DNA from: Amphiscolops sp. MND2022
Taxonomy: Eukaryota
Reading direction: 5' to 3'
NCBI GenBank assembly: GCA_964187785.1
Contig: OZ076409.1
Coordinates: 49,788,001-49,852,000 of the forward strand
DNA length: 64,000 nt
This document shows, piece after piece, positions 24,173 through 36,769 of the stretch. Numbering within the stretch: the stretch's first letter is position 1; each line of letters starts with the position of its first letter. The notes below the pieces were generated by a model, which saw nothing but the letters and a program-made list of their open reading frames with translations, was not told the DNA's origin and did no database searches. Made by a program: the position numbers and the translations under genes.

Positions 24173-24248
24173 GCGTTCGTGGTCTAGTGGTAAGATGCTT
24201 GCTTTCCAACCCAGAGGGTTCGTTCGTGTTCGAAACCGTGCGTATGCG
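24173..24248 (+). pseudogene. tRNA-Gly(TCC)-like degenerate sequence embedded in repeat DNA
   Basis: GCGTTCGTGGTCTAGTGGTAAGATGCTTGCTTTCCAA resembles the 5' half of eukaryotic tRNA-Gly(TCC). The 3' half is rearranged around GTTCGAAACC. Confidence 0.5.
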
Positions 24249-25912
24249 TTAATTTTTTTACAAGTATTCCGAAGCAGAAGGTTCTCACTTTTTCGGCACT
24301 ATGAGACTCCCCTTTGTTCGGCTTTGTGAGATTTTTTCGAAAATTTTTTATTGTCTCCAAAGGGGGTCCTCCCTTCAAATTTTTTTTTGGAATTTTGTAA
24401 CAGAATGGATGTTAAAAAATCTCAAAGGGCCCCTTTTACAGTTTTCGGCATTGTGAGATTTTTCAAAATGAATAATTTTTGTCTTGAAATTAGGTTTTCT
24501 CAGGCCTAGCACGCTATATCCGATTTTTGTTTTTTTTTCAAAGACTGGTGTTTTTTCGATGAGACTTTTTGAAAAATTTGTTTTCATCGAAGCCCCTCTT
24601 TAATTTTTACAAGAAACGAAACGTTTTGCGAGCGTAAAGGACTCCTCAAGGTTTTCCGCACTATGCGACTTGCCGGAGACTTTCAATTTTTTCCCTCAAT
24701 GTTCTGTTTTGGTAAAGGTTTTTGAGATTGGTTTTTTTGAGAAAGATGGGTTTCTTCAAAAGTTCGCAACTTTCTTTGCAAGTGTTTGCGAAGCACGGCT
24801 TCGTCTCTGTGTTTAAATTTAGTTCTCTGGTATTCCGTATATAAAGTAAATAGGTTGGTTATTACGGATATGGCTAAGGGGGTTGTCCTGATATTGACGA
24901 AAAAATATTCATTTTTCAAGGCTCATAGACAGGCAGACATCTCATTAGGTTAAATTATCATTTGAAGAATTTATCATGTAAAACTAGTATTTTCAGCTTT
25001 TGAAGGTTCAGTGAAACGGAACAAGACACTTTTTGAGTCCCGAGATTTTTTGTCGTATCAGCGACGACATATTTTTGAGACTTGAGCGCAACCAAAAAGG
25101 TACGAATTTGCAAAAAACTCCTTTTCTATATATATATATATATTGAATCCAATGGGAACTTCCTGAAATTCTACAAAAATGGTCGGGTTATGAAAAGTTT
25201 GAGACCTCTTGTTCATTTTATCTCCTTAAAAAAATCTATACAAGAGTATTCTGAGCAGCTTGTTGTTGAATACTGTTGACAATTTTTAAAATCTTTGAAA
25301 TGCGGGATTTAGATACCCGCCAAAAACTACAGAAATAGCATTAAGCATCGAAACGTGAAAACTTGCTTTTTCGAGTCGGTGGTTTTGGTTTAGGCTAAAA
25401 TCGCCCGGTTATTTCTTAGACTTTTTAGTCGACGCATGATGAAATAAAACGCACCTATTATAGTGGCTTTTCGTCGTTTTTTTTTCAATCCGGTCTAAGT
25501 GAGCAATTCGTGCCGAATGCCAAAATTCTACAAAAGGTCCTCCCTTTCATATTTTGCCCATATTCCAATTAAAAGATTTGAGGGTAATTTTCGGCAATGT
25601 GCAATTTTTGTAGGGAAAGTGTTTCCGCTTCGGTTTTGACGTTGAATTTTTGATGAAACAAATTCCACTTTTCGACGTCACTTCGATAGCTTTTCGTCAC
25701 TGATGAATTGGCTATCGTTTGTATAAAACATGGTTGTTCCCCAATCAAGGATAAATGATTTCGTTTCAAAAATTTGTGTGGAATTGATGAAAAATTTTCA
25801 CAGATTTCATCACACTATCAGAACTAAAGTGTAGGATTTGACAATTGAAAGTATTGTTCAGGCGTTTGCCTTATCTGAATGTACTGATAAAAATTAATGT
25901 TTTTTACGACAG

Positions 25913-26074
25913 AACTTTGGCAATAATCAAACCAGACGCGATTAGAATGAAGGGCGACATCTTGCAGGCACTGACTAGAGACGGTTTCAAAGTTGTTCAA
26001 CTTCAGATGTGCCATCTCACAAAGGAACAGGCACAGGCATTCTACGCAGAACACAATGGCAAACCTTTCTTCAA
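25913..26074 (+). CDS. NME7: NME7 exon 3 (NDK domain A)
   Basis: TLAIIKPDAIRMKGDILQALTRDGFKVVQLQMCHLTKEQAQAFYAEHNGKPFF. GACAG|A ... AA|GTTGGT, phases 2/2. Confidence 0.92.
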
Positions 26075-26569
26075 GTTGGTAGATACCATTTTTATTTCTA
26101 CTTCTCCCTCTTTGCGATATAAATGAAAATGTAACCTCGGCGAGCATTTCAAGATTAATTATAATAGAAATACAGTAGGCGGTGTTCATAAGGAGTGCTT
26201 TATAACGAGCATTTATAACGACAATCTTCCAAATTCCTGCCATATAGCAAATGCTTGTAACGACATCCTTTATAACGACGGTTTTCATACCGACATTAAA
26301 ATCAACTGCCCCTCAGAATCGTCATAAAAGCCCCCTATTGTAGTATAGTTATACAGAAATTATTTCACTCATCTGAGACTGGATATTATTTCAAATCTAT
26401 CCGTTAGTTTTAACACAGTTCGAGACGATGCAATATTTGATTCAACTTTTAATACATTTCTATCAATTTTCGCTTTTGTTTGGAGATTGTGAATATTGTG
26501 AAGTAAACATCTTTGCGAACTATCTTCCCCAGTCATTTTGTTTATAACAGTGATGTTTGTTGGTTTCAG

Positions 26570-26724
26570 TGATTTAGTTAATTTCATGTCGAGTGGTAGC
26601 TGCATTGCTATGGAACTCATGCGTCCCAATGCTATCGTGAGGTGGAGGGATTTGCTGGGATCCACCAACACAGAAGTGGCACGTGCCAACGAACCAAACA
26701 GCATTCGTGCCAGATTCGGAACAG
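26570..26724 (+). CDS. NME7: NME7 exon 4
   Basis: DLVNFMSSGSCIAMELMRPNAIVRWRDLLGSTNTEVARANEPNSIRARFGT. TTTCAG|T ... G|GTGGGC, phases 2/1. Confidence 0.92.
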
Positions 26725-26964
26725 GTGGGCAAGTTGCTCACTGAAAATCATGAAATGAATTGTGACCTGAACGTTTTTTCTTGCTCATCACTGACAACGT
26801 TCAAGGAACTCTTGGAAGCAAAATTCAGATCTCAATTTTTGCATTAGAAAATGAGCACTTCCCGGGTTTCATTTCTCATCTTTTTCTGCATATGTTTTAA
26901 ATAAATCAAAAAGTAAAGCTAATTGGCAATGCACAACAAAGTGGTGAAAAAGTTTTTTTTTCAG

Positions 26965-27191
26965 ATGCAACAAAAAACGCTTGCCATGGTTCCGACTCAA
27001 TTGAATCAGCCAGCCGGGAATTGGAATTTTTCTTTCCCCGAGACAGCAGAAAGAAAGCTCCTGGTAACACAGCTAGATTGAATGATTCCACTCTGGCCAT
27101 AATCAAGCCCCATGCCTTGAAAGAAGGAAGGTTGGCCGACATTGTAAAAGATATCGAAAGTGCCGGTTTCCTCATCACCGCCATGAAGAGT
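26965..27191 (+). CDS. NME7: NME7 exon 5
   Basis: DATKNACHGSDSIESASRELEFFFP...STLAIIKPHALKEGRLADIVKDIESAGFLITAMKS. Phases 1/0, donor GTAAGT. Confidence 0.93.
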
Positions 27192-27647
27192 GTAAGTGAA
27201 TGAACTCAATAAATATCACTTTCATTGAAGTTTTCAAAGCAGAATTGGAGAAGTCACGCCAAAAAAATTGGCTAAGAGGAAAAATACTCATTTGTTGTCT
27301 TGAAGTTTGTCAGATTTATGTTAAACGTTTTTTTGTTTCTTGAGGGCGAGGGTTTGAAGAGCGATTACGCTCATTCCTCGTCCGTTTTGGATGTTCATTT
27401 GACTTGTATTTATTATAAATTATAATGTTTATGACATCTGCAAAAATTACTAAAAAGTGGGGTAGCTTTTGAGAAATAATTTTCAATTTCAAAATCTCAT
27501 GAGAATATTTTTCTCTTGACGCGTATTTCAATTCTTGGGTCGTTCGAGTCAGTTGGCTCCGAGTCAGCTCTTCAAAGTAGCATCATTCTTTCGAACTATA
27601 ATGTACAAGACAACAAATTCTTCTGATGAAGAATATGTTTGTTTCAG

Positions 27648-27818
27648 TTCAACTTGGAGAAGGGCGACGCTGAAGAGTTTCTGGAGGTGTACAAGGGGGT
27701 GGTGCACGAGTACGGGGACATGGTGGTGGAACTCACTGCTGGCACCTGTGTCGCCCTCGAGGTTGCTGCTGACGGAGACCCCACCAAGTTCAGAAGCTTC
27801 GTTGGACCTGCTGATACA
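27648..27818 (+). CDS. NME7: NME7 exon 6 (NDK domain B)
   Basis: FNLEKGDAEEFLEVYKGVVHEYGDMVVELTAGTCVALEV...FRSFVGPADT. EEFxEVYKGVV is typical of NME7. Donor GTGAGT. Confidence 0.93.
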
Positions 27819-27922
27819 GTGAGTTTGAATGGTTCAGATCCAACTTGGAGTACGTCAAGACAATAACGTCAAGTTTTCCACTTACATCTGATTTGGATGT
27901 CTAATCGAACATGATTAATCTG

Positions 27923-28295
27923 AACAAGACGGGAACGTCTCAAGTCGGCGCTATATCTAAGGCTCAAATAAAATCGAAGGGGGGACCCTTCGGAGACAAA
28001 AAAATTTCAAGAAAAAGTCGCACATTGCCGAAAGGGGACCCTTTACACTCATCCGGTTTTGTAGGCTACGTTTAAAAAGTAAAAAACCAAAGGGGGACCC
28101 CTTGGAGACAATGTAGGTTACGTTTAAAAAGTAAAAAACCAAAGGTTAGATGCGTTTCCCGGGTATTCGTTTAGTTTCCTTTAGTTGAACATACTGAACG
28201 TTAACGTTCGTCGCTTCGAGTTTGTCTTTTAAAAAAAGAAAAAAACGACTGACTAATAGTCGGGCTCTTTTATTGATAAAAGCGCCGACTAAAAA
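27923..28295 (-). mobile_element. Short family-A element in NME7 intron 6
   Basis: AACAAGACGGGAACGTCTCAAGTCGGCGC ... AGTCGGGCTCTTTTATTGATAAAAGCGCCGACTAAAAA. Confidence 0.8.
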
Positions 28296-28425
28296 TACGA
28301 CGACCATTGTGCAAAAAGGAGTTGTGTTTTGCTAGCTAATACCTCTGATACCCTTTGTTTTCGTAACTGAGTTTCGTTCTACTTTTTGAATTGTTTTCTG
28401 TTAGTTTGATCCTTCGTTTCATCAG

Positions 28426-28533
28426 GAAATTGCTCGCCATCTGCGACCACAGACTCTGAGAGCCAAATATGGACAGAGCAAAATTCTGAATGCAGTTCAT
28501 GTCACTGATCTGGCCGATGATGCTTTACTAGAG
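28426..28533 (+). CDS. NME7: NME7 exon 7
   Basis: EIARHLRPQTLRAKYGQSKILNAVHVTDLADDALLE. ATCAG|GAA ... GAG|GTTAAA. Confidence 0.93.
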
Positions 28534-29331
28534 GTTAAACTTTCGTCTTTGCTTTGACACCAATCTTCGGCGAATGGTAGTTTTGAAAGCATTTCAGTTG
28601 CTACTATTTCAGTTCAATTTTTCAGTTGCTACTGGCACCTTTCGCCCCATTCTTAGTAAACTCAAAATCAAATGTTGAATGGACGGTACCGTGTTTTTGC
28701 ATTTGAAAGTATCTGTTGGAACAACGGTGTTTTGATGGAAAGTTGGTTTTTCAAGTTTTTAAAATCCTAATCGACCTGGGCGTTGTTGCAATTTTTCGAA
28801 AAATTGGATATAAAAAATTTCGATCATAAATATTTCTAATATTTCCACAACTATGCATACCAGAGAAATGAACTATAACGCGTTTGAATTGTTTGGTAAT
28901 GGGCTTACATTTTGTTAGGTGAGGCCTTGTCGCCGCGCCCCTTCAAAATTTTATTTCCTTTTTGTGCGGTGGCTTGTAGTAACAACATGTTTGGGTTTCT
29001 TTGCACAAGGACTTATGGAAGGGTATTGGGTTGCTTTTTTATGGGCCAAGGACCTTGGAGAAAACTGGATTTTGCCAAAAAGGGATTTTGGAGAAGTATA
29101 ACCATTTTTTTCAAGAAAAGCTCCAGAGAAAAATTCACTTTTGCTAATGTTTGTGTCGTTCAGACCAAACATGGAATTACCAAAATGTTGAATGAGAAGT
29201 GTCTTGGAGAATATGGGCTACTGGTAAAATGGATCAGAAGTTGAAAAAAAGCCTGCTTTAAAATACCACTAGGCTATTTAGGGTTAAGGTTTTTTGCGAA
29301 ATTCTAAAATATTGGCACTGTTCATCATTTG

Positions 29332-29814
29332 TTTTTTAATATTTCTGCTTTAGCAGGAATGTTATTGTAACCTCAAAGTTGGTCCTTTTTTTTTCAGTCG
29401 TCAAATTTCGTCCTACTGAATAATTCAGATATTTTGTTCGGCAGTGAGTGTAAGCGTGGGAAAGCTGCCGACAACAATTCAATTCTAGTGCGATAGAACG
29501 AGCGAGTGGTAATTATCCATTCGTATGCTGACGTCATTGAGATGAAGCGAATGAGTGTTAATTATTCGTTCGTTGAGAGCTTCGCCTGCATTCAAATGCG
29601 AATGCGAAACTTCGTCTACGCTTAGTTATATTTTCTTTAGTCCGAGAAGAATTAAAGGCGGTGTAAACTTGTACAGTGATTAATTGTGCTCTAAGTAATG
29701 ATTAAACAGGAGTGTATTGGTATTCCAGATATGATTCTTTTATTAATGATTTTTTGTTTTAAAAAAATAAAGATTAAAGCAGAAATAGTACTGAGCCCCG
29801 GAGGGGCCTATTTT
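29332..29814 (+). mobile_element. Helentron/HINE-like element, family B, in NME7 intron 7
   Basis: Highly similar to 9055-9600, with the same subTIRs and 3' GCCCCGGAGGGGC hairpin. Confidence 0.75.
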
Positions 29815-29844
29815 AATTTTCAGTTTTGGAAGTTTTCGTTACAG

Positions 29845-29877
29845 GTGGAGTACTTCTTCAGAATTTTGTCTCAGTAA
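29845..29877 (+). CDS. NME7: NME7 exon 8 (terminal)
   Basis: TTACAG|GTG GAG TAC TTC TTC AGA ATT TTG TCT CAG TAA = VEYFFRILSQ*, matching the NME7 C-terminal VxYFFxIL. Exons total 1155 nt in frame. Confidence 0.9.
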   Translation: MEYFFRILSQ

Positions 29878-31549
29878 TTTGAGACAGCCAACAGATAGAT
29901 ATTCAATGATGATGCACTCGGAAAGAAAGAGGACATTTTAAATATTGAACTGCTCATTGTAATTGCTGTATTTCACCCCAAATTTTTAATCCTTGCAAAT
30001 TGCAACAAAGTTTGTAAATATGTGGAAATGTAAATGGTTTTATGGGTCATGTGTTTTTCGTTTTAATCCGTTTTAATCTAAGACTGAGAACCTTGTTTTA
30101 CCTCGGATTTGCTTGATAGACTACACTTGTCTTTCTAAGTGACAAATTGTCCGAAATTCCTAAAATGTGTTCAGGATTGACTGATTATAATATATTAGAT
30201 TGAAATTATTCTGATTAAGATTTATTGATTTCAATAAGAATGGGTCAATTATTTGACGTGGATGACTACAGCTCACCAGATTTGGTTCTAAACGTTGGCT
30301 CATTCGAAGATTCCATTGAAATATTGTTTATGTAATCATGCAACGTAGAGTAGTCTTTCGTATTATCATGTATAAAAAAATAATGATCATGCATTGTGTA
30401 GCAAATGAGCTCCTGGCTTCATATGCCACAACTTCCAAACTTCCTTCGAACAGTCGCCATAGTTGTTTTTTTTTCGCAAGTTATTTTCTAATTCGGTCAA
30501 AGCTTGTATTAATTCTCACTTACCTGGCTAGTAGACATTGGCTCAGCAATATATAATTTTCAATCCTATCGCGAAGGCGTTTTCTAGGAAATCGACCATT
30601 TCGAAAGAAATGATGGAATGATATCTAAGAAGCATATCTAAAAACTAATTCATGCATTTTTGCTCATGGTTTCAAAAAGATATTGCAAATGAGTATTTCC
30701 ACCGCCTCCCCCTTGGTAAGACCTAATTAAAAAATATATATTCCAAATGGACCGCGTTTTTTATACGTTATAACAGAAAACAGTATATATTTTGTTCAAT
30801 TTGGAAAACCAAATTCAAAAGGAAACCATGCAATTCACAAAGAACGCGGAGAAAGGACCTTCATGTTTTACAAAAAATTTCCTTACTGGAAACATCGAGA
30901 AAATTGAAGGGGAGGCTTTTCGGTGAAATGAAAAGCACACTACCAAAAAACACTTCCCAGACCAGGTCACCTCACAAAAACAAAACCCGCGTTAATCTCT
31001 ACGCTAAGTGCAAGCTACTGAAAAAAAATAATTGAGAAATTAAGATTTTATATCAATTTATCGATATCGAAAAGTATCAAGTTGGGATATATGAAATTAT
31101 TTAGTAGTTTACTTCGGAAGATAGACCTAACCAGATACTCCAGTTTCCTATCAATAACGTGGTTCCAAAAAAAAAACGAAAAATATCATGGGAAAATTCA
31201 TGGAACCATGACAGAAAGGAAGAGTTTCGTTGAAAGGAAAAAATCCCACGTGACAATAGTTTGAATATTGGAATTCATTTGGTCAGATGCATATAATTAG
31301 TATAAACCACCCAATTAAAAAACTACTAATTCAATAGTAGACACATATCTGACCGGGACGCAGAAATGAGCTTTACAGCTCTAGAGTACACGCCCCGAAA
31401 AATTAACTACTGAAAAGAAACAAAGTCAGCTCCAATGAAGAAAGTTACTAGCTAGAAAATCTGCAAATTTAGCCAAAAATGAGTTTAAAAGTTGTTTCAC
31501 TGTCAAGGATGTACAGTTCTTTCCAATTCATTATGAAATTCTTAAAAAT

Positions 31550-33096
31550 TATTTTGTCCATGTTTTCAACAATTTTATCAATTTAGCAAAAGATCGTTTC
31601 TCATTAAAATATTGTAGAACTTCAAAACTCTCCCGGCTAATGAGTTCTTGGCTGTGATAGTTCGGGTAAAATAGGGTCGAAGTAGTCCAGTAGTTTGAGA
31701 TTGAGTCGTCGGTTGGAAAGCTTGTTTATGAATATGTAGTGATTTAATTGTCGAAAAACCTTAGAGTTCCTTCGAAAAATTTTTCTTCAAAAAGTTCAGA
31801 AACTGTTTCGATATTATGCTTCATTAACAAATCGGAAACTGTATCGATACGTTTTTTTCTCAAAAAAATTGTTCGTATAATTAGTTTTTGCATTGCTAGA
31901 ATCTCATTCAGCACTAAATGTCTTGTACCTCAATATATGAGCTGCCCGTACATTATAATTGGTTTTACAGATGCTTGATGAAACTTCAAAAGAGTTTTCC
32001 TGCAAAAACAATAATGCCTTGTATACCAAACCATTAATTTTGGCAAATCGTTTCTGAATACTCGCTATAGGGCTATGAAAATTCAATCTTTTATCAATAC
32101 TAACGCCTAGGTACTTAAATTTTTCAACAACATCAAATTCACAGGCTGAACTTTCAAGTTCGTCAATTTTTGTGGATGCTATTGATTTTCCAAAGGATCA
32201 AATAGTGCATTTAGATACGTTGAGAGTCATTTTGTTGACAGCAAAACATGCTTTTTATATCCAATTCAACGTCGTTTGTTACATTTTTACTTTTAAAATA
32301 TACAATTGCTGTATTGTCATCAGCAAAAAACCCTTTTTGAATTTTTACATGTATCAGGAAAATCATTTAAGTATAATAAAAATAAGAGTGGGCACAAGAT
32401 TGACCATTGTAAAACTGCATTATTAATGCTCTTCGATGATGATTTTTGATTAACAGAAGATACCAACTGTTCTCTATCAGACAGGTCGCTTTGAGCAAAA
32501 TTTTATTTTGACCACGTAATCCAAAGCTATTTAGTTTTTTAATGAAAATGTGATCTACCGTATAAAAAGCTTTTTTTCAAGTCAATGCAAGCTGCCAAGC
32601 CATAGTGTTCTTTGTAAAGTGTTTTTCGCTTAAATTCGGAGATTTCAGCAATAGCTTGTACACAAGAAAGATTTTCTCTGAAATCAAACTGTTTAGGAGT
32701 TAGTACTTTATGCTTCGCCAAAATTTTGTTTTTGTGAATAAGTTTTTCAAAAAGTTCGCTTAGGGGAGTGAAAAGAGTGGTAGGGCGATAATTGCCCGGC
32801 AGGGAAGAGTCATCTATTTTCAAAAACGGAAGAACTTTAGCTATTTTCATAGACTTATGAAACTGTGAAATTTGTATACAATCATTGAAAACATCGTCTT
32901 AAAATTGATTATTTGACAATGCCGCAATCCTCAAAAGTTTATTTGAGATGCCATCATGACCAAAAAAGTTTTTGTTCTTTCGGTGTCTGATTATGCTATT
33001 AACTTCAGCTGGATCTGTATCGAAACGCGCAAAGGTGTGAACCGGGCCCTCTGCGTCAAAACCATCATGGGTTAGGGATGCTTTGAGATTTTTCAT
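31550..33096 (-). mobile_element. Decayed non-LTR (LINE) reverse transcriptase
   Basis: Fragments in order on minus: GHDGISNKLL, KIAKVLP...NYRP...FEKL, Q-F-x-F-R, IDLKKSF, FADD (32316-32327), FKYLGVSID. Many stops and frameshifts. Confidence 0.85.
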
Positions 33097-33408
33097 CCAT
33101 TCTGATTCATATCAAAAAAATGAAGGGACCCTTTGTTTAAAAAATGGAAAAAGTCTGACAATGCCGGAAAAAAACTGAAAGGGGTAAGCCTTTAGTCTCG
33201 CCTGGTTTTGTATGTTACTAGGAAAGAAAGGAAAAACTTTTTTGATTCTGTTCTCTAGGCCAAATGGTTCAATTTGGCACCATAAAATACGTAGAACTTT
33301 TGTAGAACTATTTTGGTCACTTCAGGTGTAGCGAAAAAAAACACTGACGAAAAGCCATGACTATAGTCGACTCTTTCTTAGCGAAAAAAGAAAAGCGCTG
33401 ACTAAAAG
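33095..33408 (-). mobile_element. Truncated family-A element
   Basis: Shares family-A internal blocks and ends AGTCGACTCTTTC...GAAAAGCGCTGACTAAAA. Confidence 0.65.
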
Positions 33409-36400
33409 TGGAAATAGCAGAGGTATCAGCAGAAGACCTCCAAGAAAAACAACCAAAATCAAAAAGTTTGTTACTTTTTCCTTGTTTACCTTTAGTGTAC
33501 ACTTAATGTAGTCCATCGCACAAAACAATCGATATTTGAGAACAAAGATAATGAAAGGTCCATTCCCCATCTTCGCCTCATGCACTACATCTTGATCCCA
33601 AAAACTTTGGGAACACGGGGCAGTGTGCACTTTTCCTCATTTTTGGTTTTCTTACTCCAGAAACGATTCCAGTTGTACAAAATCGTTCGAAATTTGACTT
33701 TCGAATTCAGTAGCCACTTTTTTGGATAAGAATGTTTTGGAAAAAAGGAACTACTCTTCTTTGCGGAGCTTCATAGTCACTAAAACAGCAAAAAGTATAC
33801 AAAAGCAGGAAATATTCGATAAAGCAGAAATTGAAACTCTTCAACAACAGCAAAATTTGGAAATAATTTGTTAAACCACATTCAACGTAATTTTGTTTAG
33901 GAAGTACCACGGAATTCAGAACTCTTTGTCGGTCGGTATATATTTTCCACTGTTTCCGACTTTTTTGTCATGAAATGCCGCCTTTGATTAACTGACTATT
34001 TTACCTTTTTAAAAAAAGAATTTTTTTCTAGTTTGCGGCATTGTGATTTTTGCCATTTTTAAACATTCAAACGATTTCCATTAAGATGCTTTGGTTGTTT
34101 AGCCAGACCTTTCCTGTAACTTTACTTTTGAACCCAGTCGTTCCATTATTGTTCTCCTGACGGTTCAATGATGAACCGGAATCAGTATCCCTATTCCCTG
34201 AAGACATCGAACTCATGATATTCGGAATCTCTGGAATTACTCTCAAAATTGGTTGAATTAACAGCTCTATTGATCTGGGAATGTACCATGGACATCATGG
34301 CATCCGTTTCCTGTGAGAATCGCATGTTGATTTTGTTCGAGAATGTTCCCATGAACTCAAGGATTCAATCCTGTCTTGGAACAGTATTTTCATGACTAAA
34401 GTCCCTAATCTCGTTTTCATTAGAGGAATTCCCTCTGAAATTCGAGTCAGACTCAACGCCATTGTTACTTATTGAACCATTGATGGTATTTGCTACTTTC
34501 CCCTCTACAGGATTCACATATTCATTACCAAGTAAAACGTCCATGTTTTCGAGATCGGACATCATGTCCATCACTCTAGACCTTCTTGCTTTCGCTTCCT
34601 GTCTCCTTGTAGATGGCATTAAAATCTACGCTAGAGAGTAATATTTTAAAGTTTCTCGAAATCAGATAATAGCTAACGCTTCAACTTTGTATTCAAATTA
34701 CCAAACGAAATTGTCTCGGAGCCTTCTGGGAAATCGTATATACACTCCCTGAAAGACGACATGCCATTTTAGATTGGTCATGTTACTAAAAATAGTATTA
34801 CGACATCTAAAATTAGAATCAAGATTATAAATGAGCAGTGTGACATTGTCGTCAAAGCCTTGGCGGCAACAATTGTTTATGTGACGTGAAAGGCCTCCTC
34901 TACATAACAATAGCAACAATAATTTAATATATGTAACAATTATATGCATGTTCATATACATGTAGCTCAATACTGGCCGGTGTACCACAAGTGCATACAT
35001 ATTTGAGATTAGTACTGGTAGGGTAAAAGCAAAAAGGTGGGGCTACTAGTACATTCAAAATAAGGTATCATCAAATGAATGATCATACTTTGCATCATTA
35101 AGCAGCACCTTTATTTCAAAGTAATTCAGGACTGGATGTCCACCAGCCAATAATGAACTGTTTTTTAGTTGAATAGCCTTAGACGGCCTTTAAATGAAAG
35201 TATAAACAGCGCGCAATTATAATACACACTCGCATCTGATTTGTGAAAAAAGAATCGGACGGCTTGTCCAAGGCGACATGCAAGAAAACACTGAAACTCA
35301 TTTCCTTTGCCTGTACGCCTTGGTGTCCAATTACTAACATAGTTCAAATGAATTTACATGACAAAACGTATAAGTTAGAAAAGAAGCACCACTATATCTA
35401 CAACAAATTTAGTTCCATCGTATAATGGTTGTAAGTCTATCTGTCTGACTGGAGCTTTCTGACTGGGCGGCGTCCACGAAGTCCATAGGGAACACTTCAA
35501 ACCTGGCTCTAAGTTTGAGCATTTTCTTTGCTAATTTGAACGATTTGAAGAGAATTTTTTCTAATCAAGAAATTTACAATATCAACTAAGTACTGGTGAA
35601 GTAAAAGTTCGCGTTCCTTTCTTTCAGGCAAACTTCCAATAACAAGTTTTCGTCGTGAGCATCCTTCGACCTACCAGTGAGTTTTTTTGAAAACGAAGAG
35701 AAACCCCATGTTGATACTCAGTTACTCTTTCAACACTCCGAGCCTGCAAGTAGCTTTGGAGGGTCATGGGGAGTGTTGTTTCACAATCATAAAACACCTC
35801 AGAGATTCAAGTGTGTGAAGATGTGGCTTAAGGCCACGCTGACTACCTTCGTTGTGAGCAGCCAATATAATCGCGGTAAATTTTCTTCTTTTCCAAAGTG
35901 ACCACCCAAGCCCGTAAGTCTAATTAAGGGAATAATAAAATTATAAGAAAAAATAAATTGATGATAAAATAAACAAAATTTTCTTCCATGAAAAATAAGG
36001 TAGATGTTTCTGGCACATTTTACTCACAATTTAATACAGATTCCAAGTAATTATAAACTTGATACGAAACTGTAAACCCACGAACTCCAATTTTCAACCT
36101 TTGCATCTTGTCACATCGCAAATTCATCTTTCATTTCATCTTTCATTTCTTTACTGTGTACTATCTTACATTCGTCATTGCATTATCCAGTTTTTAATAT
36201 GCAATGGTAGTTCTTCAGTCTGTGAGTCGTTTTTTGTTTTTGTATCATCTCTACTTTACCTTTCTTCTTTTACGTCATTCACACTGTCCGGCCTTGATGA
36301 TCCCCGGATATTCGACATTCAATTTCCAGTTTCCGTTTTTTCTTTGATCCTTTGTGGAGACATTCCTATCTGTCCAACGATCTACACGCGCTTCCGTTTC

Positions 36401-36769
36401 TTTTGGAATAGCGACAACGAGGCTCCGAACTTGATCCACGAACTGCTTTGCTGCTCGTTATTCTGTGTAGTTATTACTATTGAGCTGCATCCTAACAATT
36501 TTTTGTTGCTGCATCCTAACAACTGCATTTTCTAACAATTTTGATGGAATGAAAATAGGCTTGAGCAGGGCTCATTTCTCATACATGCACTTCCTGTCCC
36601 AATGAACGCGTATTTCACGTGTTTCAAGTTTGAAATCCTTTTACTTTCGGATGTTTTAACAGCGGCAAGTGAAACTCGAAAGTGGGAAGTTGTTCGAAAA
36701 ATTTTGTTTTTTTTTTGTTTAACTTTACGTCAGGAAAACAGTCGAGTGAAAATCCTCTCAAAGTACTGA

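Noticed and set aside
13073..24919. Many Lys/Phe-rich ORFs in the 2.1-kb array and family-A copies
   Set aside because: Frames change between near-identical copies at homopolymer runs, so they are non-coding repeat translations.
26544..26550. Alternative NME7 exon-4 acceptor (ATAACAG)
   Set aside because: It lies 19 nt upstream of the used site and would shift the frame.
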